64,000 bases of DNA from an uncultured Polyangiales bacterium (GTDB taxonomy: Bacteria > Myxococcota_A > Polyangia > Polyangiales > GCA-016699535): contig CAZXFW010000010.1 in NCBI GenBank assembly GCA_964640175.1, positions 30,638 to 94,637 of the forward strand, in the 5' to 3' direction. Below are positions 36,573 to 44,146 of this stretch, piece after piece. A program made the translations under genes and the position numbers. Every line of letters begins with the position of its first letter. Position 1 is the stretch's first letter. The notes beneath the pieces were generated by a model. It was not told the origin of the DNA and did no database searches. It was given only the letters and a program-made list of their open reading frames with translations.

Positions 36573-36819
36573 TAAACCAGACCAGTCTCCTTCGCCATCC
36601 GTCTCAGAGACAATCTCTATGCAAAAAGACGATGGAAGTTATCACATTGCGCGCCGTACTCTTTTGCGGATTGCAGTATATACGGCACCCGCAATTGTGG
36701 GTTCAATGGTGGTGACGAGCCATGCGTCCGCGCAAGTCTCATGCATGCCAATCACCTGTATGCCGGTGACCTGCATGCCAGCGACGTGCATGCCCGTGAC
36801 TTGCATGCCAAATCGTTAG
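36562..36819 (+). CDS. Putative RiPP precursor peptide, 85 aa, with five Cys-Met-Pro repeats
   Basis: MVDNK...RRTLLRIAVYTAPAIVGSMVVTSHASA-QVSCMPITCMPVTCMPATCMPVTCMPNR; repeats differ mostly at synonymous positions; next to RRE/rSAM/kinase/MTase. Confidence 0.8.
   Translation: MVDNKPDQSPSPSVSETISMQKDDGSYHIARRTLLRIAVYTAPAIVGSMVVTSHASAQVSCMPITCMPVTCMPATCMPVTCMPNR
36739..36813 (+). repeat. Five tandem 15-bp coding repeats (S/T-C-M-P-x)
   Basis: tcatgcatgccaatc acctgtatgccggtg acctgcatgccagcg acgtgcatgcccgtg acttgcatgccaaat. Confidence 0.95.
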
Positions 36820-36862
36820 AGTTTTTCGACTTACACGGTAGTGATGAAGTGATAAGCCAAAG

Positions 36863-37879
36863 CTATCGGCTAGAGAGCTTGAAATAACTCCGATACCATT
36901 GAACGAAGCGCTCAGTCCCGTCTTCGATCGATGTTGAAGGCTTGTAGCCAAGTTCTTTAGTCAAATTGTCGATGTCAGCGTAAGTGTCAGGTACGTCACC
37001 AGGCTGTAGTGGTAACAACGTCATTTCAGCTTGCTTACCAAGGGCTTTTTCCAGTCCTTTAATGTAGTCCATCAGTTCTACAGGATGGCTATTGCCGATG
37101 TTGTAGATGCGCCATGGAGCTTGACTTGTGCCGGGATCAGGACGCGCGCTTTCCCAACGAGGATTTGCTTTGGCGGGAACATCCAAAACTCGAACAATGC
37201 CTTCCACGATGTCATCAATGTATGTGAAATCTCGACGGTGCTTGCCATGATTGAACACTTCAATCGGTTTGCCACTAAGAATGGCTTGCGTAAATTTGAA
37301 AGGCGCCATATCGGGACGCCCCCACGGCCCATAGACCGTAAAAAATCGCAATCCGGTAGTAGGCAACCCATAAAGGTGACTGTAGGTGTGTGCCATGAGT
37401 TCATTGGACTTTTTACTTGCAGCATAAAGGCTCAAAGGGTGGTCTACATTGTGGTGTACAGAAAACGGCATGGCGGTATTACCGCCGTACACACTTGAGC
37501 TGCTGGCATAGACAAGATGCTCAATACGATGGTTCCGGCAACCTTCTAAGATATGCGCAAACGCGACAATATTGCTTTGGATATACGCCAGTGGATTCTC
37601 AATGGAGTAACGCACTCCAGGTTGAGCTGCTAAATGTGCAACGCGTTGTGGTTTGTAATCCGCAAAGACTGCGCTTGCTGCCGATGGATCGGCAAGGTCT
37701 ATACGTATATGTGTGTAATTGGGATGCTTGGCGTGACGTTCAAGGCGAGCTTCTTTAAGGGCAGGGTCATAATAGCTACTGTGATTGTCGACGCCAATGA
37801 CAGTGTCACCACGTGCTAAAAGACGAAGTGTTAATGCAGACCCTATAAAACCTGCAGAGCCTGTGACAAGTATATTCAT
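36863..37879 (-). CDS. NAD-dependent UDP-glucuronate 4-epimerase-like protein
   Basis: VTGSAGFIG, HLAAQPGVRYS, YASSSSVYG, YAASKKSNE, RFFTVYGPWGRPDMA. Confidence 0.92.
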   Translation of the reverse strand: MNILVTGSAGFIGSALTLRLLARGDTVIGVDNHSSYYDPALKEARLERHAKHPNYTHIRIDLADPSAASAVFADYKPQRVAHLAAQPGVRYSIENPLAYIQSNIVAFAHILEGCRNHRIEHLVYASSSSVYGGNTAMPFSVHHNVDHPLSLYAASKKSNELMAHTYSHLYGLPTTGLRFFTVYGPWGRPDMAPFKFTQAILSGKPIEVFNHGKHRRDFTYIDDIVEGIVRVLDVPAKANPRWESARPDPGTSQAPWRIYNIGNSHPVELMDYIKGLEKALGKQAEMTLLPLQPGDVPDTYADIDNLTKELGYKPSTSIEDGTERFVQWYRSYFKLSSR

Positions 37880-37892
37880 AGAACTTAAAGCC

Positions 37893-38051
37893 TTAGTTAG
37901 CGAAGATAGTTTTCCAGTCAGCTTTCATATTTACCAGTGTCCAGCCTTTTCGGGAGGCTTCATCAACCGCTGTATGAAGCTTACCGATGGGCTTGCCTCC
38001 TTTGTCATCGATGAAATCAACAGCAGGTAGCTTTACCACATGCCCACTTGG
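37893..38051 (-). pseudogene. C-terminal remnant of a HAD-family hydrolase with apparent internal deletion
   Basis: Manual translation PSGHVVKLPAVDFIDDKGGKP-IGKLHTAVDEASRKGWTLVNMKADWKTIFAN*; in-frame stop upstream at 38055-38057; family recognised from memory. Confidence 0.6.
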
Positions 38052-38063
38052 ATTTCATCCGCC

Positions 38064-39032
38064 TTAATCGCTCCCGAAATTATTGCGAGGGGATGCGCCA
38101 AGTATCGATTCAAGTTTGTCAAACGACCCTGTCCAACCGCCGGTCATGCCGGTTTTTGCGTCGTGGAATGTTTGACGTTCGGCTTCCGTGGCTTCGCCAA
38201 AAATCTCCCATGTAACGGTCACGCGTGTGTCCTGTGGCCCCTCTTCTGAGAATATTACCGTAGTCAACAGCCTGTCAGGCCATGTCGAAAGAAAAGGAGG
38301 TTTTTCCAAGTTGCCGTCTTTGTCACAAAAATGTTGAGTATAGACCAACAGCTCAGGTGGCCTGATTGTTTGATAGGTGATTGTGCCATACATGATCTGT
38401 CCCTCGGCATTTGTCATCGAATAGCGGGAGCTTCTTCCTTCCTGAATGTTGATAGTAATGAAGGACGTAGTGGACCCTCCGGGAGCAAGCCATCTTGAGA
38501 GGTGTTCAGGGTTAATCCACATATCAAACATGGTTTTGGTGTCCGTCTCGAATGAGCGGTTGATGATGAATACGTCTTTTTCTCTAGTTTCATTCTCAAG
38601 GTATTCGCCCAATCTGTCCCACGTTGTGTTCCCGCCCACGTCTTTTATAAATTGCTTGGCTGTTTTTGCTTCGTTTGCGGAAGGAAGCGTCATGGTCATC
38701 GTCATGACTGTTTTTCCATGCGCTTCTTTGAAGGTCACCGTCACGGTAAAAAGTTTATCTCTTTCAGCATTTCCGCCGTGGTCATAAACAAGTTTTTCGT
38801 ATTTGATGACCTCATGGTACGTCGTGATATTGGGGTAGTCTGTTCCATCAGGTCCGTGCATCGTGTAAATCCACTGTCCTCCCGGCCGCAGGTTCTTGCT
38901 ATGGGTGGTCAATGTAAATCCTCTAGGCCCCCACCATTGTTCAACGTGTTTGAGGTCAGTCCAGGTCTCCCATACGAGTTTTAAAGGAGCATCGTAGGTA
39001 CGAATAATTTGAATTTCATTTGGATTTGGCAT
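38064..39032 (-). CDS. Tandem SRPBCC/AHSA1 domain protein
   Basis: Two repeats: RTYDAPLKLVWETWT...WWGP and RSFETDTKTMFDMW...WLAP, each ending GW-type helix. Confidence 0.9.
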   Translation of the reverse strand: MPNPNEIQIIRTYDAPLKLVWETWTDLKHVEQWWGPRGFTLTTHSKNLRPGGQWIYTMHGPDGTDYPNITTYHEVIKYEKLVYDHGGNAERDKLFTVTVTFKEAHGKTVMTMTMTLPSANEAKTAKQFIKDVGGNTTWDRLGEYLENETREKDVFIINRSFETDTKTMFDMWINPEHLSRWLAPGGSTTSFITINIQEGRSSRYSMTNAEGQIMYGTITYQTIRPPELLVYTQHFCDKDGNLEKPPFLSTWPDRLLTTVIFSEEGPQDTRVTVTWEIFGEATEAERQTFHDAKTGMTGGWTGSFDKLESILGASPRNNFGSD

Positions 39033-39381
39033 GAGCGTTCCTTTTTCGTTTTTTCTTGGATTGGATTTCTTTTAAATAGACATCAAGGCGGTCAAAACTT
39101 TCTTCCCAGAATCGGCGATATTGTTCCATCCAGCAGGAAGCCTCTTCGAGAGGGGCGGCGCTGATCGAGCAGGTTCTCCATTGAGCAGATTTTGTTTTGT
39201 GAATGAGACCTGCACCTTCCAATACTTTGAGATGTTTGGTGATGGCCGGCAGGGTCATGTCCTTCATGAAAGGCTTTGCAAGCTCCGAGACATTCGCTTC
39301 CCCTCGGGTGAGTTGAGCCAGAATGGCTCGACGCGTCGGATCGGCCAGAGCCGAAAACGTCGTACTTAACGGGTCCCTCAT
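39016..39381 (-). CDS. ArsR/SmtB family regulator
   Basis: FSALADPTRRAIL, ITKHLKVLEGAGLI, WEESFDRL. Confidence 0.92.
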   Translation of the reverse strand: MRDPLSTTFSALADPTRRAILAQLTRGEANVSELAKPFMKDMTLPAITKHLKVLEGAGLIHKTKSAQWRTCSISAAPLEEASCWMEQYRRFWEESFDRLDVYLKEIQSKKKRKRNAHAKSK

Positions 39382-39382
39382 T

Positions 39383-39418
39383 ATTTCACCGTCCGGTTAA
39401 TTAACCGGATAGTAAATT
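39383..39418. promoter_or_regulatory. Two overlapping inverted-repeat operators upstream of the ArsR gene
   Basis: ATTTCACC-GTCC-GGTTAATT (39383-39402) and AATTAACC-GGAT-AGTAAATT (39399-39418); junction gives perfect palindrome TCCGGTTAATTAACCGGA (39392-39409). Confidence 0.7.
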
Positions 39419-39688
39419 ACAAAACCTCGAGCGTCAAGTCAGCGTATACGTATGCGTTGGTGCGAATAGTGCTGTCATTCAAGTGGGGATTGTCCCCACA
39501 GTCTAAATTGTTCGAACCCAACGCCAAACGCAGTAGCTTGAGCCCGATGAGCAGCGAGGGTCCTCTAATGGGTCTGTGATCTTCTCGTCGTCGGAGCAGG
39601 CACAGATCATCAACGTGAGAAGCACAATTCGTATTCGGCTGCAAAGAGCGGTAGTCCTCTTCGGGCACCATAAGCGTACTGGTGCCAT
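39417..39688 (-). pseudogene. Probable frameshifted, truncated paralog of the upstream Cys-rich lipoprotein
   Basis: One frame gives VLLTLMICACSDDEK...RCSSGSSYC then stop at 39503; a second frame continues LGSNNLDCG, resembling the repeat LQSDAAHCG of the neighbour. Confidence 0.4.
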
Positions 39689-41526
39689 CACCATGATCGT
39701 CTGCGCCAGATGAAGGCTTCGTCGGGAGTAGAAGGGGCACTCAACAACTTTTTCTGTCCTGCGACATAGACGGTCTTGTTTGCGTCGGTCCACATATGGG
39801 TTGCCTCATAACGGTAATTATTTAACTGGCTTATGGTGGGACTTTCGTTGGTCCACGTGGCGCCGCCATTGCTGCTATGGAATAACATGTTGTCGTTCCA
39901 TCCCCTCCCGCCGGCGAATAGATGTTGTCCAGCCGCAGCGACTGCATTCAACACTACGTCGTCCACCTGCCAAAGGGTTATCCATGTCGCGCCACGGTTG
40001 GTGGAACGCCACACATAGCTGCGGAAGTAGGGTTGCGTATCACGCAGCTCGAATCCAACAATAATCAATGCCCCATCTGTATTTACTTCCAACGAAGAAG
40101 TAGACCAACAAAGCTTATTATTTGGCAGACTGCATGCCTTGGCGCCTTTCGTCCATGGGCCGTCACGGTCGGGGGATGCATAGACAAGGCTGTTGTGTTC
40201 AAGAAAGAATCCACCCTGCCTGTCCTCACGAATGGTACTAAATCCTCCACTGTTATCGGTTTCACTCGCAACGACAGAATACGTCCACTCACACGCGTCA
40301 TCGGATTGGTTGGGGTGCCAAAGGATGCCCCGGTTTGGGTCAACTGTGTCTCCCACCACATACGAATTGTAATCTGACGAAGCCCAAATGCTTCGTATAG
40401 TCCCCCACGCATTGCCTGCATTCAATGTCCATTGACCGTGAGGCGCTCCCCATTGGTAGAGGCCAAGTTTATCATTCTGAAAACCAGCCCAGGTCCACTG
40501 AATATCGTACTTATCGCGAGGCAACACGAATAGGGCGTACGCAGGAGAGTCCAGCCAGGCGCTGGGGCGCCCACTTACTGCCGACACGATAAAATACCGA
40601 CTTGTATTATTTGTCTGGCGGAACGTGGCACCTACAAGCACATCTCCCTTACTCACGTCGCGGCCATGCAGGGCGGTAATCTCCGTGTAAACTCCTGTTA
40701 GGCCTGTGGGTGCACGGAGGGGAACATTTTGCCATAGTGGTTCGCATTTAGTGCCCACCTTGACGTATCCCTGGTAACAGGCAAACCCACAGTCGGTTCC
40801 GTCGCAGGTGGCATACCCGTTGGCGGGTACCGCGCATGGCGTGCAGCGCGTGCCACACGAGGCGACGGAAGTATTGGATAGGCATTGGGCAGGGGTTCCA
40901 CACGCGTGATAGCCACTAAAGCATGCGATGCCGCACGATCCTGCTTGGCATTGTGCAGAGCCGTTTTGTGGTATGGAACACGCGGTCTCACAATCACCAC
41001 AATGGGCAGCATCTGATTGCAAATTCGTGCAAGAGCTTCCACACAAATCACCCGTGGGTGATGTGCACGTATCGATGCATTGCGGAGTTTCGGATGCTTC
41101 ACATAGCGGGGTAGGGTTTTCACACGCTGTGTCGCAGTCACCGCAGTGTTCAGCTTCCATCAACGAAACTTCACAACCGTTGCTGGTCTCGCCATCGCAG
41201 TTGCCATATCTGCTCTGGCAGACAAGTGTGCATGAGCCCTCGGCGCATGTAGTGGCTTGAGGATCTGCATTGGGCAGATTGCGGCAGTCGTTATGACACG
41301 CTCCGCAATGTTCGGTGGAGTCATCCAAGTTGGCGCAAAACCCGTCGCAAAATGTCATGCCCGAGTCGCACTCAGGTTCTTCCGGCGGCGGAAGCGTGTC
41401 GGGCACAGGAAGGCCACCGTCTTCGGTAGGTTCTGGGACGCCTTGATGGTCTTCCGAACAAGCAACACACATTATGAATAGGGCTATTGAAATGATCCGA
41501 ACGTGTAGGTGCTTAGGGTTATACAT
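39688..41526 (-). CDS. Lipoprotein with Stigma1-like Cys-rich repeats and C-terminal Asp-box beta-propeller-like domain
   Basis: Lipobox CVAC after start at ATG 41526; repeats such as CANLDDSTEHCGACHNDC; Asp-box-like RSTNRGATW, HSSNGGATW. Confidence 0.8.
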   Translation of the reverse strand: MYNPKHLHVRIISIALFIMCVACSEDHQGVPEPTEDGGLPVPDTLPPPEEPECDSGMTFCDGFCANLDDSTEHCGACHNDCRNLPNADPQATTCAEGSCTLVCQSRYGNCDGETSNGCEVSLMEAEHCGDCDTACENPTPLCEASETPQCIDTCTSPTGDLCGSSCTNLQSDAAHCGDCETACSIPQNGSAQCQAGSCGIACFSGYHACGTPAQCLSNTSVASCGTRCTPCAVPANGYATCDGTDCGFACYQGYVKVGTKCEPLWQNVPLRAPTGLTGVYTEITALHGRDVSKGDVLVGATFRQTNNTSRYFIVSAVSGRPSAWLDSPAYALFVLPRDKYDIQWTWAGFQNDKLGLYQWGAPHGQWTLNAGNAWGTIRSIWASSDYNSYVVGDTVDPNRGILWHPNQSDDACEWTYSVVASETDNSGGFSTIREDRQGGFFLEHNSLVYASPDRDGPWTKGAKACSLPNNKLCWSTSSLEVNTDGALIIVGFELRDTQPYFRSYVWRSTNRGATWITLWQVDDVVLNAVAAAGQHLFAGGRGWNDNMLFHSSNGGATWTNESPTISQLNNYRYEATHMWTDANKTVYVAGQKKLLSAPSTPDEAFIWRRRSW

Positions 41527-41558
41527 AGGTTTAAAGGGCCTTTCTGTGAGTAGCTCCA

Positions 41559-43121
41559 TCAGTTGCACTGTGCATGTTTGACGATTCCATCGAAACTGTG
41601 TTGCATGTCTTGAAAAATCATGTGGGCATTGCCTTGGCCATCCAGTGCAAGGGCGGCATCGAGGGTTACATCGGCTGTGCCGGATGCCAACGTGGTTTGC
41701 CATTGACCGTGTTTGTTGGTGGCATAATGAAGGTCACTGTTGGCGATGTATGCAAGATGCACGGCGTCGTTGGCATCGATCGCGATGTCCGCCGCGCCAG
41801 AATGTAATGCATCGATGCTGTCGATTTTTGTGATCACCCAACTTCCAGTTGTGTTGGTGGCGTAGTTGATGGTTTCTTCGGATAGATTCAAAAAGCTCAT
41901 GTGCAGAAACCCTTCTGAGTCGACTGCCAAGTTGACTGGATTGGTATCGTATTCAGGCGCTAGCCGGCTTGAGGTTTTTTCGAGCACCGGCGTTTCTGAC
42001 CAGATATTGCTTTCTTTGAACATGACGCCTAAATTCCAACCTTCGGAAAATCGGTTGGTGGCGTGTGCGATGTACGTGGTGCCTTGGTATCGCACTAGAT
42101 CTGCTGACCATGGGTTGTGATCGGCAGGAATTGTTTCGGAAGTCCAGACGCCAGTGGCGTTCGTGACGAGCTCGAACGTATCGAAGGGCTCTTCGGGCGG
42201 CCTCTCGCGCGTATAAGTAAGGTACACGCCTGTGTCGTCCACGGCGATGTCACATGACGGTTTGTTGGTGTAGGCTCGGGGCCCTACGACGTGTGCGCTC
42301 CAGCCGAGTTTATTAGTCAGGTACGCTATCGGATATAGTTGGTTGACGTCTTCGACCTGATAACACGCATGGACGTAGCCCTCGGCGTCCAGGGCAAGGT
42401 CAATGTAAAAGAGCGCGCCTTGGGGAATACCCGGGATGAGTTGGTGCGACCATGCTGCAGTGCCCGTTTTGGTGGCGTAGTGCATTTGGGTGTTAAGAGG
42501 AGGCACTATTTCTGTATAAAGGGCAACAAGCGTGTCTCCGTATGCTGCAATCGCCACGCCGTCGCCTGTAGAAGGTGTATCGTCAATGACGGTGGAGGTG
42601 CACTCGAGAGCTGGGAGAGCTGGCGGCGTTAATGGTTCCGGCTCAGTGTCGGTAGAAGAAGAGGTTGGTGGTTTCGGTTCGCCCACGAAGAGTATGCCGC
42701 TTCGCACCAACGTGGCAGTGAATTTCATGCCGGAAGCCTGGCCACCTCGCGACTCAAAGGGGGCATCGATGTTTGGCGCGGTATACAATGCGGTCTTGTC
42801 TGTGACATGGCTGACCTGCAAGGTGACCGATGCAGGGGTGGCTGGATCAAAGGTCACATCCGGCACAATTTCATACATCGCCGAATAGCCAATGAACCCT
42901 TCTGGAATGGGCGCGTTGATGCGACGCAAATAGATGCGGACAGGCGTCGGATGTTGAAGGGAATCCGGTGGAATCGTGATTTCGCCGTCTTCAAGGCGCA
43001 ATGTTCCGCCCTTAGCCGGAACGATGATGTCGGAGGTTTCTGTAAGCGGCGGGTTGCCGGTTTCAGTTCCGTTACAGGCGAACACGGTAAGAATGATACA
43101 TAGCGATAGGAATGGTTTCAT
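41559..43121 (-). CDS. Lipoprotein with GTETGNP N-terminus, ZU5-like domain and beta-propeller-like repeats
   Basis: Lipobox FAC then NGTETGNPP; KGGTLRLEDGEITIPPDSL; repeated LxVDxxGxxHxxY...YATNxxGxW. Confidence 0.78.
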   Translation of the reverse strand: MKPFLSLCIILTVFACNGTETGNPPLTETSDIIVPAKGGTLRLEDGEITIPPDSLQHPTPVRIYLRRINAPIPEGFIGYSAMYEIVPDVTFDPATPASVTLQVSHVTDKTALYTAPNIDAPFESRGGQASGMKFTATLVRSGILFVGEPKPPTSSSTDTEPEPLTPPALPALECTSTVIDDTPSTGDGVAIAAYGDTLVALYTEIVPPLNTQMHYATKTGTAAWSHQLIPGIPQGALFYIDLALDAEGYVHACYQVEDVNQLYPIAYLTNKLGWSAHVVGPRAYTNKPSCDIAVDDTGVYLTYTRERPPEEPFDTFELVTNATGVWTSETIPADHNPWSADLVRYQGTTYIAHATNRFSEGWNLGVMFKESNIWSETPVLEKTSSRLAPEYDTNPVNLAVDSEGFLHMSFLNLSEETINYATNTTGSWVITKIDSIDALHSGAADIAIDANDAVHLAYIANSDLHYATNKHGQWQTTLASGTADVTLDAALALDGQGNAHMIFQDMQHSFDGIVKHAQCN

Positions 43122-43960
43122 AACTGCTTTCTTGAACGCGACATGGGAAACATTTGAAAGTTGATTTGCACCACGCGGTCCGAGTTCGTGTCGGTGACGG
43201 AAAGCTCAAGTATTTCCTGACGCAAGGCTTGGATGCACTCCTTGACGCGGATGAGCATCGCATCGCTTAGGCATACCGTCAGTGAAGAGATATCTCTGTC
43301 TTTGGCAGGGATGTCATCGATGGATGCGGCTGCACGCTGCAGCATGGTGCGATGGTAGTTGCCGATGTGCAGGCCTGTGGTTTCTGGGCCGGTCGATACC
43401 ACGGCGTCCACCTGACGGAGCTTGCCATGGCGGTCGCGGCAGAGCATGCCGAGGTCCCACAGTACTTTGAGTGCGGCCTCTGCTTCGGATTTTGTGATCG
43501 AGGGGATGAGCTGGCAGGCGATCCAAGCTGGATCCTCTTGAAAATCTGGGGTCGTGATCAATTCGCGAATCGCAGGAATGTACCACGTGCTGTGATATGC
43601 CGCGTGCGTGACATCAAGACGATGGGCTCGACGATAGAAACGGCTTGCCACGAGGCGTTGGTAGTGTCCGTCGCGTTCTATAGAATTGCGTGCTTGGGTA
43701 AACATCACCATATCGACGAAATACGACTGTTCGTGCGGGCCCAGCTGGCATCCGCGGGCAAACTTGTGTGCCATGGCAAGCGTCAGGTTGCGCTGGCCAT
43801 CGATGTAAAGTTTCAAGTAGTTGGGGGAACGTAGTCCTGCTCGCTTCGAAAACGCACGATACGAAAACCCGCGAAACTGACGCTTCTTGCTGCTGTAGAA
43901 CTCACGTAAGTAGACACGTGCATCCAGGTATTCAAACACGTTAGGCTCGCCGTCGGCCAT
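43118..43960 (-). CDS. TIGR02147/DUF4423-like HTH protein
   Basis: NVFEYLDARVYLREFY, FSYRAFSKRAGLRSPNYLKLYIDGQRNL, WYIPAIREL, RDISSLT, VVQINFQMFP; start taken at ATG 43960. Confidence 0.85.
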   Translation of the reverse strand: MADGEPNVFEYLDARVYLREFYSSKKRQFRGFSYRAFSKRAGLRSPNYLKLYIDGQRNLTLAMAHKFARGCQLGPHEQSYFVDMVMFTQARNSIERDGHYQRLVASRFYRRAHRLDVTHAAYHSTWYIPAIRELITTPDFQEDPAWIACQLIPSITKSEAEAALKVLWDLGMLCRDRHGKLRQVDAVVSTGPETTGLHIGNYHRTMLQRAAASIDDIPAKDRDISSLTVCLSDAMLIRVKECIQALRQEILELSVTDTNSDRVVQINFQMFPMSRSRKQL

Positions 43961-44146
43961 GGAGACATCGTGGAAGCACTCCGGTAGGAATGCAAGTCGG
44001 GTGTTGAACAATGTGTATGCATGAGTATACGAAAATCAAAAAATCACTAATAATATCAGTGTTATCAATGATATGATTACGTCTTATCGTATACGGAGCA
44101 GACAGGGATGCCCATCGCTGCGTCCCGGCAACGGCCAATTTGCTGC

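Noticed and set aside
36739-36813. 15-bp tandem repeats as a possible CRISPR array or VNTR
   Set aside because: No spacers, too short, no cas genes; variation follows codon wobble, so they are coding repeats.
33446-36819. Lasso peptide or PQQ biosynthesis interpretation
   Set aside because: No lasso cyclase or B2 protease, no Asp/Glu acceptor in the core; no PqqA ExxxY peptide, PqqB or PqqC.
39688-41703. ORF-track start at 41703 for the Cys-rich protein
   Set aside because: It overlaps the upstream lipoprotein; the lipobox places the start near 41526.
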